From the IMG/VR virus record IMGVR_UViG_3300005526_000002, positions 1-51,247 of that record: 51,247 nucleotides of DNA. One strand, given 5' to 3'. Source of the stretch: a virus (lineage: Duplodnaviria > Caudoviricetes). The position numbers were made by a program, and so were the translations under genes. Under the pieces are notes generated by a model, which saw nothing but the letters and a program-made list of their open reading frames with translations, searched no databases and was not told the DNA's origin. This document shows, piece by piece, positions 18,925 to 28,000 of this stretch; positions within the stretch are counted from its first letter, which is position 1; each line of letters opens with the position of its first letter.

Positions 18925-19065
18925 TTATGCGCACCCAAAAATGAGAAGAACCGGGATGTACAGGAATAGCCACCATGCACTCCAAGTTACCAAAGCAATC
19001 ACTACTGGACCTAGCACCAAGGTCCAGCATAAAGCAGCAAAACAATAGTCTGCCTTAGCGTTCAT
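18925..19065 (-). CDS. Small membrane protein (46 aa)
   Basis: MNAKADYCFAALCWTLVLGPVVIALVTWSAWWLFLYIPVLLIFGCA; abuts the gp10-like start. Confidence 0.55.
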   Translation of the reverse strand: MNAKADYCFAALCWTLVLGPVVIALVTWSAWWLFLYIPVLLIFGCA

Positions 19066-19208
19066 CTGTTCATACTACCCCATGCATACCCGAGTAAAAA
19101 TATTATAACCAAAAACCCAAACACTCCGAGTAAGAAAAAATAGAATGCTCCTGAATTACTGATTAAACTTTGCCATGAAAATACTAAGAACGTACAAATC
19201 TGAGCCAT
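19062..19208 (-). CDS. Small membrane protein (48 aa)
   Basis: MAQICTFLVFSW...FYFFLLGVFGFLVIIFLLGYAWGSMNR; ATGA coupling. Confidence 0.45.
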   Translation of the reverse strand: MAQICTFLVFSWQSLISNSGAFYFFLLGVFGFLVIIFLLGYAWGSMNR

Positions 19209-19867
19209 TGCTGTCCTTTGCTCCAATCGCGCCAACGTTTATCAACTGCCTCACTATCGAGAAGGATAGCCTTGACAGCTTCAGCGCTGCGACCGTAGGT
19301 GCCAAAAATACGACGCCCCAAGAGCAAAGTAATATCGTGTATCCCCTCAGGTGGCAATCCGATTTCATCGCTACCGTTAGATGCAGTAATCGCACCGATG
19401 CGACCACCGTATTCAATCAGACATGCGGTAGCACTTTGCGGCGGTTGCCACACGGTAACGCGAACGCTACCATCAATCTGACGTTCCTGATGCCACTTTG
19501 TAATGATGCCGGGAAAAGTAGTTCGTACTACGTCAGCAATTGGTGCTTGTCGTGTCTCGCGGTTGACTGTTGGACTGATATCGTTGCACCAAATTGCCTT
19601 GACCGCTACAGCGTCAATTTGCACAAGATAGCTAGGCTGCGCTGTTCCAACTATAAACGAAGCAATGGAACCGGAAGTACCGGCCGGGATAGTTGCAGTT
19701 GTGCGGTTCATTAGGTATTGCGCGGCACCATCAACATGTTCGCTTCGCAGTAATTCATTCAGCACTACAACATTGTTAGCGATATCGGTTGTAGTAGGGT
19801 CTTCGGTTTGATCCGTGATGCCATACAAATGCAAAGCGTTTTTGATAACAGTTGCGGCGGTTGTCAT
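19184..19867 (-). CDS. Head-tail adaptor (P22 gp4-like)
   Basis: MTTAATVIKNAL..YG...E.P...LNELL N-terminus; lies between capsid and gp10-like genes. Confidence 0.7.
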   Translation of the reverse strand: MTTAATVIKNALHLYGITDQTEDPTTTDIANNVVVLNELLRSEHVDGAAQYLMNRTTATIPAGTSGSIASFIVGTAQPSYLVQIDAVAVKAIWCNDISPTVNRETRQAPIADVVRTTFPGIITKWHQERQIDGSVRVTVWQPPQSATACLIEYGGRIGAITASNGSDEIGLPPEGIHDITLLLGRRIFGTYGRSAEAVKAILLDSEAVDKRWRDWSKGQQWLRFVRS

Positions 19868-20466
19868 TAAATACCTTCTTCAACTGCCCAAGGTGGCGTC
19901 CATCCTGCATCAGCTTCCAAGTCGGCTAGTTCTTCAGCTTCGCTAGGTTCAAGTGTGGATCGCACCGAATTAGATGGAACAAACGTACCATCGTAATTTG
20001 CCGGGTTAACGATAACGACACTGGCGCGATCTTGGTTCTGATTGATTAAGTTTTGGTACCCGGAAAAACTGGCATTACCAACCGTATAGGTGTTCGGCGG
20101 CGGTATCAAATAGCTTTGCAAGCGTACTTCGTCGCTAGGGGCAGCTTTAGGCGCGTTGGCATAGGCCGCAGGCGTGCCAGCAGCGACCGAATTGTAGGTA
20201 CCCGCCGAAAAGATATCATCCAACATCCAGCGTGTCGGCAGCGGTTCTGGTGGTGGTTCTATCGAGCGGTCAGGCGTTACTTGGAAATCATAAACTTGCG
20301 GCCAAGGATCGAGACAGAAACGCACAGGACGACCGCTTGAAGCGGTACAGACAAGCAGCCCGGTCAGGCGTTCACGTTGCAAGGTATTGTATAAAACTCT
20401 CGCACCGCAGCGGCTACAGGCACCCCACGTATTGAATTGTCCGAATTTTGGTTTGCGAGCTTCCAT
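19867..20466 (-). CDS. Hypothetical virion-region protein with N-terminal CxxC
   Basis: CSRCG...TGLLVC...CLDPWPQ; TAATG coupling. Confidence 0.65.
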   Translation of the reverse strand: MEARKPKFGQFNTWGACSRCGARVLYNTLQRERLTGLLVCTASSGRPVRFCLDPWPQVYDFQVTPDRSIEPPPEPLPTRWMLDDIFSAGTYNSVAAGTPAAYANAPKAAPSDEVRLQSYLIPPPNTYTVGNASFSGYQNLINQNQDRASVVIVNPANYDGTFVPSNSVRSTLEPSEAEELADLEADAGWTPPWAVEEGI

Positions 20467-20487
20467 CCAGTCACGTTACCACGTTTT

Positions 20488-20522
20488 GAAAAGAAAACAC
20501 CCCCGGTTTTTAGGCCGAGGGC
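20488..20522 (-). terminator. Intrinsic terminator downstream of the capsid gene
   Basis: GCCCTCGG...CCGGGGGT stem followed by a T-rich run on the minus strand. Confidence 0.6.
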
Positions 20523-20552
20523 ATCTTCGCCGGGCAGGAGGTCCCGTGTTAA

Positions 20553-21485
20553 TTAAGCGTTATCGGCACCCGGCGAAACGTACACAGAACGCCAATCAAT
20601 GATGGAAGCCGAACAACGGAACCAGATTGCAATTAGTGCAGCCTGATTGCTCCAATTGCTGTCTTCGCGGGTTTCAACACCGCTGCGTTCCCAAAACGTG
20701 AAGCCTTCGCCGTTGTCCATATTCTGAATGGAAGTCTGGATAAAATAGTTGTCTTTATCAACGAGATACGGTGTTTCGATCACTTCCGGCAAAGCACCGG
20801 TCGCGCGAAGAACGTTGATGTTGTTCGTTTGCGCGTTCCATTGCAGCGGCGATCCGAGGATACGGCGGGTTTCCGGTCCACTTTCTGGGGACAGGATAAC
20901 GCACTTCGGCAGCACATTGATGATGAAGCCGCGACCATTGCGAGTATAGCCAATCTGGATCACGGCGTTTTCAAAAGCGAGTTCTGAAACGTTGGCGGAA
21001 ACCAGAAGGTTTGACTGAAGACCGGAAGCGGTAGGATGCGAAGCAGAACCAAGCGGAACGCCGTCAGCACGCAAACCGTTCACAGCATCAACCGCGACCT
21101 GAAGCGGAGCATGAGCAATGTATTCTTCCGTCTGACGAGAGGAATACGCTAGCTCTTTCATCATGCGGCTGGCTACATCCTCATACAAGTTATCGTCGCG
21201 GGCTTCGCGAGAGATCGCAACACCAAGACCGTAGCTGGCGTGGGTAACTTGGGTACGATAACCTTCGTTGGGGAAGTCAAATTCAACCGGTGTTAGTTCG
21301 GGCTGTTGAACCGCAAGACCAAGCCCTGCGCGTTCGGTCATAAATTCTTCAAACGCTTTTTCGGATGGTTTGGTGTCAAAGAAACTTGTGTAGATAGGCT
21401 GAAGTCGTTCGTAGTCCATTCCAAACAAAGCATAAAGACCGGGCCAATACTGCGACGGCTGAAGACTGCGATCAATGACTTGCAT
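20553..21485 (-). CDS. Major capsid protein (Mu gpT-like family)
   Basis: PGL, SEKAFEE, YGLGVAISREARDDNLY, DGVPL...HP, DWR..Y.SPG; 310 aa; followed by a terminator. Confidence 0.88.
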   Translation of the reverse strand: MQVIDRSLQPSQYWPGLYALFGMDYERLQPIYTSFFDTKPSEKAFEEFMTERAGLGLAVQQPELTPVEFDFPNEGYRTQVTHASYGLGVAISREARDDNLYEDVASRMMKELAYSSRQTEEYIAHAPLQVAVDAVNGLRADGVPLGSASHPTASGLQSNLLVSANVSELAFENAVIQIGYTRNGRGFIINVLPKCVILSPESGPETRRILGSPLQWNAQTNNINVLRATGALPEVIETPYLVDKDNYFIQTSIQNMDNGEGFTFWERSGVETREDSNWSNQAALIAIWFRCSASIIDWRSVYVSPGADNA

Positions 21486-21551
21486 TCGGGCGATCCCCTG
21501 TTTGGCCCGAAATGGGCGAATAAGGAACTACTACCACATTTAGTAATAAAA

Positions 21552-21580
21552 TGTCAAAATGACACTTGACATTGTATACA
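21552..21580. promoter_or_regulatory. Divergent promoters (TGTCAA / TTGACA) with TGTATACA palindrome between capsid and portal
   Basis: TGTCAA 21552-57, TTGACA 21566-71, TGTATACA 21573-80. Confidence 0.6.
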
Positions 21581-21601
21581 CTTAACCGCAAAGGTCGCCA
21601 G

Positions 21602-23575
21602 ATGAAGTTTGACAGCCCTAAAATCAAGCTGGACCTGAAGGCACCCGAGGATATCGGAAACCTTGCGGAAAAGCTGGATCAGCACACCCTCCGCCAACTT
21701 GCTGACCACGTTATCGAATTAGTAAAAATTGACGAACGCAGCATGTCGGATTGGCTTGGAAAAGCCAACGGCTATCTGGACAGCATAGACAGCGACACTA
21801 ACCAAGCAGCACCGGCATCAGGTAGAGAACAACAGGGCAGCAACGAAGACGGACCACCTTCTACAGCCATGACGTTATCGGCGGTTGTTCAATTTGCAGC
21901 CCGCATTGTTAGCGCCCTTCTTTCCGAACCTGATCTGGCGCGGGCATCAGAACCGGGCGGCGAAGCACTGGCTGCTTGGATGAGTTCTCAACTTCGCACG
22001 GTAGACCCGGATTGGGTAACCGACACAGACCCGCTTGTGCTGCACATGGGAGTGACCGGGCTTGGCTGGCGCAAGCGCTGGTTTGACGAACACGATGGGC
22101 AGTACCGCAGCACTTTTCTGCCTGTTAACGAAGTCATCATAAATTCAAATACGAAGTCACTTGAACGCACACCACGTATCACGCACCACATCGAAAAGTA
22201 TCCTTACGAAATTCAGCGTTCAATTGAATTAGGTCATTGGGTAGATTACGAACCTGACTTTGACGACACTGATCCACAAGAGCCGCAGAAGTTTTATGAA
22301 GTCGATATGTGGCTTGACATGGATGGTGACGAATACGATGAACCTTGGACAGTAACGGTAGCGCTTGAAGACATTCCTTGCGTTGTGAAGTGCATCCCGC
22401 GTTGGTCAAAGAAGACTGTAGTAAACACGGATGAAATGCTGCTTTTCCGTCCACACAATCGTTATTACGCTTACAAGATGATACCGGACCCGAAAGGCAG
22501 CTTTCTTCCGCGCGGTTTTGGTTGGTTACTTTCCAGATCAGAAAATTCCGCAGATCGCCTGTTAGCTTCCATCAATGATACGGCACAATCGTCAGCGGAA
22601 AACGGTGGCGTTGCTGCGGTCGGTGGTATCGGGCTTCCCGACAAGATCGAACTGACTGCCAATCGCCTGACTACTATCAACACAGATGGCCGTTCCATCA
22701 ATGATACGGTATCGCTATTCCCGGCCAAGCAAGTCACTCCCGGCATGTTCCAGACGCTGGACAAGATTATGACCTTGGGTGACCGTTTGGCGGGTACCCT
22801 GAATTTGCTGGAAAATGCGCCTGCTTCAATGACTGCCACACTGGCGAAAGGCATCATTGATAATGGCGCGCAAGTTCATAGCGCGGTTCATCGTCGCATC
22901 ATTGGTGCCATTACGGAAGAACTGCGCGCATTCGCAGCCATGGCAGACGGTGCCGGTCACTTGCCACAAGGCATTGATGGCAGCGCACCAATCGAAGTGA
23001 CTGCCGATCCAAATATGTCAACGGAAATGCATCGCGGCGTGGCAGCACAGGCTTACCATGACATGCTGCAATTTCCGCTAGTATTTAACCCACATGAAGT
23101 TGCTTTACGTTACGCACAAACCATGCGCTTCCCCGATCCTGAAAAACTGCTAGCGCCGCCGATGCCCGCATCAAAACCAACAGACGCGGAAAAGAGCGCG
23201 ATGATGCTTGAAATTGAAAAAGAAAAAACTAACCGTATCAAGGCGACCGCACAGTCTGCGCTGGCGGCAGCACAAGCTATCAAGGCACTTACGGATGCCG
23301 GTGTAGGTGCTTACAACATAGACATGATGCGGATGCAGCTTGCGACATTAGAAAAAACCATGGAGAGTTTAGCTAATGACACGAATAGCGTCGGAGGGAA
23401 TGGTCAGGGAGTGGTTGGACAGCCCGCTAACCCGCCAATTGCAAACGGCAATCAAAATCCGGCGGGACCAAATGGTGCGGGAACTCCTGTCGGGTCAACC
23501 GGCCAACTCAATTCGGCAGGGACAGGGAGTGGCGTACCAATGGCTGTTCCACCTGTTGGACTTGCCGCCGGATAA
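21602..23575 (+). CDS. Portal protein
   Basis: About 657 aa; NLAE.L, G.GWRKRWFD, RITH, LDMDGDEYDEPW.VTV, GFG.LL, SAVHRR motifs; followed by GroES and scaffold. Confidence 0.85.
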   Translation: MKFDSPKIKLDLKAPEDIGNLAEKLDQHTLRQLADHVIELVKIDERSMSDWLGKANGYLDSIDSDTNQAAPASGREQQGSNEDGPPSTAMTLSAVVQFAARIVSALLSEPDLARASEPGGEALAAWMSSQLRTVDPDWVTDTDPLVLHMGVTGLGWRKRWFDEHDGQYRSTFLPVNEVIINSNTKSLERTPRITHHIEKYPYEIQRSIELGHWVDYEPDFDDTDPQEPQKFYEVDMWLDMDGDEYDEPWTVTVALEDIPCVVKCIPRWSKKTVVNTDEMLLFRPHNRYYAYKMIPDPKGSFLPRGFGWLLSRSENSADRLLASINDTAQSSAENGGVAAVGGIGLPDKIELTANRLTTINTDGRSINDTVSLFPAKQVTPGMFQTLDKIMTLGDRLAGTLNLLENAPASMTATLAKGIIDNGAQVHSAVHRRIIGAITEELRAFAAMADGAGHLPQGIDGSAPIEVTADPNMSTEMHRGVAAQAYHDMLQFPLVFNPHEVALRYAQTMRFPDPEKLLAPPMPASKPTDAEKSAMMLEIEKEKTNRIKATAQSALAAAQAIKALTDAGVGAYNIDMMRMQLATLEKTMESLANDTNSVGGNGQGVVGQPANPPIANGNQNPAGPNGAGTPVGSTGQLNSAGTGSGVPMAVPPVGLAAG

Positions 23576-23609
23576 ACTATTGGAAGAGCTGCAAAAGGAA
23601 AATAATTAA
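23376..23609 (+). CDS. Small protein overlapping the portal 3' end
   Basis: GGAG RBS; EWLDSPLT...QG.....L helical protein; stop directly abuts the GroES start. Confidence 0.6.
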   Translation: MTRIASEGMVREWLDSPLTRQLQTAIKIRRDQMVRELLSGQPANSIRQGQGVAYQWLFHLLDLPPDKLLEELQKENN

Positions 23610-24092
23610 ATGTCTCTATATGGTTTTGAGCTACCGCATACCAAAGTGCAGCCCGCACGCGATATTATTGCAATTCAAATTCCATTGCCGCCGCGCCGCG
23701 TTGGTTCAATTATTGTCGCAGATATGACGCGCGAACTTGGGCAGCATGGTGTGCAAGCCGGTATCATCCGTTCGATGGGACCACTTGCTTTCCAGTACAA
23801 GGACGGCCAAGGACTTTCACGGCAGGAAGCCAAAATTGGCGATTGGGTATTGATCCGTTGGGGTGCGGGGACCATGTTCCAAGCATCCAAAGGCATCGTT
23901 GTAACTGGTGGCTGGCGCTACATTTCCAGTTTCAACGATGTTATCGGAGTGGTACCGGCAGCAGACATGCCCGATCCGAAGACGCTGGAATGGGAAGAAG
24001 GCGACGACGAAAAGTTAGGCATGGTCAAGGCACAAGGCAATCTTAACCTTAATGCCGATGTTGGTGTTCGCGAACGTGTCGTTTACAGGTAG
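23610..24092 (+). CDS. GroES-like co-chaperonin
   Basis: QPARDIIAI, GSIIV, G.I..MGPLAF, KIGDWVL.RWGAG, NDVIGVV. Confidence 0.75.
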   Translation: MSLYGFELPHTKVQPARDIIAIQIPLPPRRVGSIIVADMTRELGQHGVQAGIIRSMGPLAFQYKDGQGLSRQEAKIGDWVLIRWGAGTMFQASKGIVVTGGWRYISSFNDVIGVVPAADMPDPKTLEWEEGDDEKLGMVKAQGNLNLNADVGVRERVVYR

Positions 24093-24100
24093 GAGCTATT

Positions 24101-24754
24101 ATGGCCGATCCTAATTTTGAAGTATTGCTGCGCCAGCAAGTGCAGCAAAATTTGACAAACATGCTGGACAGCGCAACGCAGGCTGGCGATATCGCAGCCG
24201 TTCGCAAGGCAGCACAGCAGATCGCAGAACTAGCCGCGTCAACGGCAAAACCCGCCAACAAACCAGCGTTCAACAACGACGATATCCGCAAGGCAATAAA
24301 ATCCAAGGCCGAATGGTTTGGTACTGATCCGCGCCGTAGCGCCAAGGTAATAGAGTTTGGCAAGAACATGGAACCGGAGAGTTTCAAGTCGGCGGAAGAT
24401 TTTGCCGATGCAGTCATCAAGGCTGTTGACGAAGAATTTAAAACGAAAACCGTCAAAGACGACGATGGGAACGCAGAGGAAGGCGAAGCGGAAGCGGTTG
24501 AAGCAGATGATGAAGATGAAGAAAAACCAAAGCGCAAAAAGACCGATGCTCCGTCCGGGGAAACCGGTCGCTCCGCAAATCGCGGTCGCTCTACCGGTCC
24601 TTGGGCGAAATTGTCTGATGCTCCGAAGGATGTTGCGGAAAGCGTTAAAAGCGCAGCGGACAAGTTTACCCGAAACGCCAGTAAGGAACAGCGTGAAAAA
24701 TTCATAGCAACCGCTTTAGGAACTGCTTACGCGGCAGCACAGAGGAAGAAATGA
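24101..24754 (+). CDS. Putative capsid scaffolding protein
   Basis: Helical and charged; WFG.D motif; acidic linker; position after portal-GroES. Confidence 0.65.
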   Translation: MADPNFEVLLRQQVQQNLTNMLDSATQAGDIAAVRKAAQQIAELAASTAKPANKPAFNNDDIRKAIKSKAEWFGTDPRRSAKVIEFGKNMEPESFKSAEDFADAVIKAVDEEFKTKTVKDDDGNAEEGEAEAVEADDEDEEKPKRKKTDAPSGETGRSANRGRSTGPWAKLSDAPKDVAESVKSAADKFTRNASKEQREKFIATALGTAYAAAQRKK

Positions 24755-25296
24755 GCAACAACCCATTTGAAAGTCTAGCGCCTAACCTCATTCCTAACCC
24801 GCCTGCCGAAATTCCGGAAGCGCCACAAGCTGGTGATGCTGTTGCATCGCTATCGCCTTTCAAGGAAGCACAGGACGTTGACAGCATTATCAAGAATTTG
24901 ACGCTAGACCGTCCACTAGCGCTGTACATCCCGAACCGGGAAAAATATCCCGAGTATCAATTTCACATCATTAACGACACGCCAACAGAAATGGCGGAAG
25001 CACTCCGCAAAGGATGGCAGCGAGTTGACGATCCTAAATTGACGGAACTGTTTGAGAGCAAGGTTTCTGGCACTGATAAAACCGGCAAGATAACCCGCCC
25101 GGTTCTCATGGCACGATCAAAACAGGTTGGCGAGATTGTAGCGAAGCGAAACCGCCAAACGCTACATGACCTTTACAAAGGCATGGACCCAAAGAACAAG
25201 CAGTTCAACAGCAAGTATGCCGATACGCAGACTGTCATCAACAGCGGCGACACCAAGGGACAGTTTTCCGGTGCAGGCTGGAAGATCAAGGTTTAG
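24751..25296 (+). CDS. Conserved-type head-region protein (FHIIND...GW..V...LM)
   Basis: Motif pattern and position after the scaffold. Confidence 0.6.
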   Translation: MSNNPFESLAPNLIPNPPAEIPEAPQAGDAVASLSPFKEAQDVDSIIKNLTLDRPLALYIPNREKYPEYQFHIINDTPTEMAEALRKGWQRVDDPKLTELFESKVSGTDKTGKITRPVLMARSKQVGEIVAKRNRQTLHDLYKGMDPKNKQFNSKYADTQTVINSGDTKGQFSGAGWKIKV

Positions 25297-26818
25297 GCTG
25301 CAAAGCGTAATCGTTCACGCCAAAGCTATTTACAACAGCATCAAGGCGGTCAGGTGACCGCCCTATCTCTGCACGTATCTTTTCCTTTGGCGTCATGAAT
25401 AGCCGGGACATTTCATCGCGGCGGCAGGCACCTGATCCCCATTTATATGCCGCGCATTCCTCTTGCAGCATTTTGTCGTTTGGCATGCTGACGGAACCTT
25501 GCAGCCACAAATGAAACTTGAAATGTAGTTCTGCACGTTTGTTGCCAAACTGTACCGCATTGTTGGCACCGCTACCGAAGTTTACAGGCACCACACGATC
25601 AGATTGGTTTCGCATACGAAGACGGCAAGCGTCCACAAGACCTTTGCCAAGACCACCGCTATCAATAACAATAACGTCCATGCCGAAACGGCGATAGGAA
25701 GCAACTAGCCAATCTGCTTGAACATTTTGATCCTTGGATTTAATAGCGCCCCAAATTCGCTTACCAATGGCTGTACCTTCACGATCACAAACAAAAGGAT
25801 CATCGCTGCCGTCACCGGCCGGGTCAACCGATATGATCTTGAGCGACCCGGAAGTAGGAGCAAATTTTGCCAACATTGCTTCCTGCACCAACGACGCTGG
25901 GAAGAAATCCATCGTGCTATCGGTCATAAAGCATTCGGCATAAGTTGCAGGAAACTCTTGCCGCGTCAATCGGTGGATAGCATCCGGTTGACCACCGTTC
26001 ATAATGGCAAGCGTATAGTTCTCACGCCAATACCAGTACAACTGCGGTTGCGTCAGGCTGTGTAGTTTTCCGTAATCGGTAAATTCACGTGGCGGTTGCC
26101 AATGCGCGGGAACGTCATGGACATATTCCGGCATGGAAGACCAAGGCAAGAAGTGCAACCGCCAAAGTCCTTTATTGCGGTCACGATGCGCTTGCTCGCA
26201 CATATTGAAGAACATGCCACTCGCACCGTTGCCGGTGCTTTCAATGATTATTTCGGTACCGGGGATATCCAGCACGGTCTTCATTAGTCCCGAAGATAAA
26301 TCCTCTGAATTATCGAAGAACGCGGCTTCCGACATGTGCAGCAAATGCGTGTCGTCCGAGCGACCGATATCGCCACCTTCCGCAGACGACACCTTGTAGG
26401 TGGATTGCAATTTGTCAAAGATCAATTCGCGGGAATTGGATGCGCCAAGCGACGGTCGCAATTGCGACGGTAAGCCAGCATAAAATTCCTTGACTTCGCG
26501 GTGTATGTTGGTGGCGCTATCGTTTCTGTGTGCAACGACATGCGCGCGAACACCGCGTTGCGTACCCGTGCGATGAAAGAAGCGGCTGCTTATGTAAGTG
26601 CTGACGCCCATACGACGAGCTTTGGGCACCAGCGCACGAATGCTGCCAAACTCTCTTAATTCGGCAGTCAGCCGATTGTTGAGGACTGTCTGCGCGGCAT
26701 TGATATTGAATAGCTTCCGCGCGCCGCCCTCCCGAGGACGGATCAACAGAAACTTTGCACGGTACCAATCAAAATCTTTTAGCCTGTCAGAGACAGACGG
26801 TTGCCATGGAAAGTTCAT
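25286..26818 (-). CDS. terL: Terminase large subunit
   Basis: KARRMGVST Walker A, LLHMSEAAF Walker B, IESTGNG coupling motif, SVDPAG nuclease Asp, SPDRLDA. Confidence 0.92.
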   Translation of the reverse strand: MNFPWQPSVSDRLKDFDWYRAKFLLIRPREGGARKLFNINAAQTVLNNRLTAELREFGSIRALVPKARRMGVSTYISSRFFHRTGTQRGVRAHVVAHRNDSATNIHREVKEFYAGLPSQLRPSLGASNSRELIFDKLQSTYKVSSAEGGDIGRSDDTHLLHMSEAAFFDNSEDLSSGLMKTVLDIPGTEIIIESTGNGASGMFFNMCEQAHRDRNKGLWRLHFLPWSSMPEYVHDVPAHWQPPREFTDYGKLHSLTQPQLYWYWRENYTLAIMNGGQPDAIHRLTRQEFPATYAECFMTDSTMDFFPASLVQEAMLAKFAPTSGSLKIISVDPAGDGSDDPFVCDREGTAIGKRIWGAIKSKDQNVQADWLVASYRRFGMDVIVIDSGGLGKGLVDACRLRMRNQSDRVVPVNFGSGANNAVQFGNKRAELHFKFHLWLQGSVSMPNDKMLQEECAAYKWGSGACRRDEMSRLFMTPKEKIRAEIGRSPDRLDAVVNSFGVNDYALQPKP

Positions 26819-27033
26819 TAGTCCGGAATGGGTTTGTTAAACTCGTCTACTTGTGCGTCAAGTTCATCTTCGGCCGCGAGCAACTGTGCTTGGGTTATAG
26901 TACCATCTTGCGTTCCGGTAGCGATATCAACCAACGTCTTGATCGTTGGTGCAATTTCTTGACCGGCTTCTACCAGCGTTTCTACAATTCCCAAACCCTT
27001 GATGATAAGGGCCATGACCGCTGCAATGTCCAT
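26818..27033 (-). CDS. Small protein in the lysis-like cassette
   Basis: MDIAAVMALIIKGL...; AGGGG RBS; TAATG coupling to terL. Confidence 0.6.
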   Translation of the reverse strand: MDIAAVMALIIKGLGIVETLVEAGQEIAPTIKTLVDIATGTQDGTITQAQLLAAEDELDAQVDEFNKPIPD

Positions 27034-27034
27034 T

Positions 27035-27439
27035 TTACGCCCCTTGGAAGGTTGCGCCACCGGCAACGGCTTGGGTTTTGACTGTGGCGATAAGATCGGA
27101 GAGTTGGTTAAAGACAACGATGGCGTTAATTTGATCGTTGTTAGCCACAAACGCTCTAAGCTGCTTAAGATAGAGAGGCACGGAAGCAGTATAGACTTGA
27201 ACTGTTCGTACTTGCTGTTTGCAGTTGACATTGATCTGCCCTTGAACACAAAGTTTCTTCCAAGTGTTAAGACCAATGAACGTCAACTTTACTGCCTGCT
27301 CCATGGTATAGAGCCGGTCACGGGTGACAGGGTTGGTGATGGAAACAGTGCCAACCTGATAAGCTGTCTCGATACCTTGCAGCGTGAGACAACCCCCAAG
27401 GCTTAAACACAGTAGAGGAACAAGAAACAGGCGCTTCAT
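27035..27439 (-). CDS. Lipoprotein (possible spanin-type lysis protein)
   Basis: Signal peptide with lipobox LGGC; GAGG RBS. Confidence 0.65.
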   Translation of the reverse strand: MKRLFLVPLLCLSLGGCLTLQGIETAYQVGTVSITNPVTRDRLYTMEQAVKLTFIGLNTWKKLCVQGQINVNCKQQVRTVQVYTASVPLYLKQLRAFVANNDQINAIVVFNQLSDLIATVKTQAVAGGATFQGA

Positions 27440-27786
27440 GGATTATTTCCTCTCGCAGTTTCACTAACAGCGCTCAAGTCGCCTTGAGTTGGAGAAATTT
27501 TATCAACTCTAGGATCGACAGCAATGGCCGCTAATGTCTGATTTGCTGCGGCGTTAACCGTTAACTTTTCAACTCCCGGCATCGCCAGTACGTCTTTGAC
27601 TTGCGAAGACTGTCCGGTAAAGACTGCCAAAATAGAAGCTAAAATTGTCTGCACAAGACTTGAAGCGGTAACAGCCGTCTTGGCAACGTTGGCACCAAAC
27701 AAATCGGTAAGTTGGGTTGCCGAACCAGCAAGAACTCCGAGAACTGCTAACGTAATCGCAAGAATTTGGTTTCGGGTTAAATTCAT
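27436..27786 (-). CDS. Holin-like two-TM membrane protein
   Basis: Two N-terminal hydrophobic helices and a soluble tail; upstream of the lipoprotein. Confidence 0.55.
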   Translation of the reverse strand: MNLTRNQILAITLAVLGVLAGSATQLTDLFGANVAKTAVTASSLVQTILASILAVFTGQSSQVKDVLAMPGVEKLTVNAAANQTLAAIAVDPRVDKISPTQGDLSAVSETARGNNP

Positions 27787-27853
27787 GCTTGCCCCTTGTG
27801 ATGCGCTAGTGTATACACCATTGGCAACCTAACACAACCGAAAGCGGTATACA

Positions 27854-28000
27854 ATGCACACCCCACCAGAAGGCAGCATTTACCACATGGGACCGGTCTG
27901 GGAAAAACCCGATAGCGAGTGGCGACTACTCACCAGCCTGCTACTGGCAACAGCCTTCCCGAGCGCTTTCTGTCTGACATGGCTGCTTATCGCTAGCTAG
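27854..28000 (+). CDS. Small membrane protein (48 aa)
   Basis: MHTPPEGSIYHMGPVW...LLTSLLLATAFPSAFCLTWLLIAS; preceded by GTGTATACAC. Confidence 0.4.
   Translation: MHTPPEGSIYHMGPVWEKPDSEWRLLTSLLLATAFPSAFCLTWLLIAS

Noticed and set aside
23610-24092. GroES without GroEL as a novelty
   Set aside because: Phage co-chaperonins that use host GroEL are established (T4 gp31), and GroES-like genes next to portal genes are common
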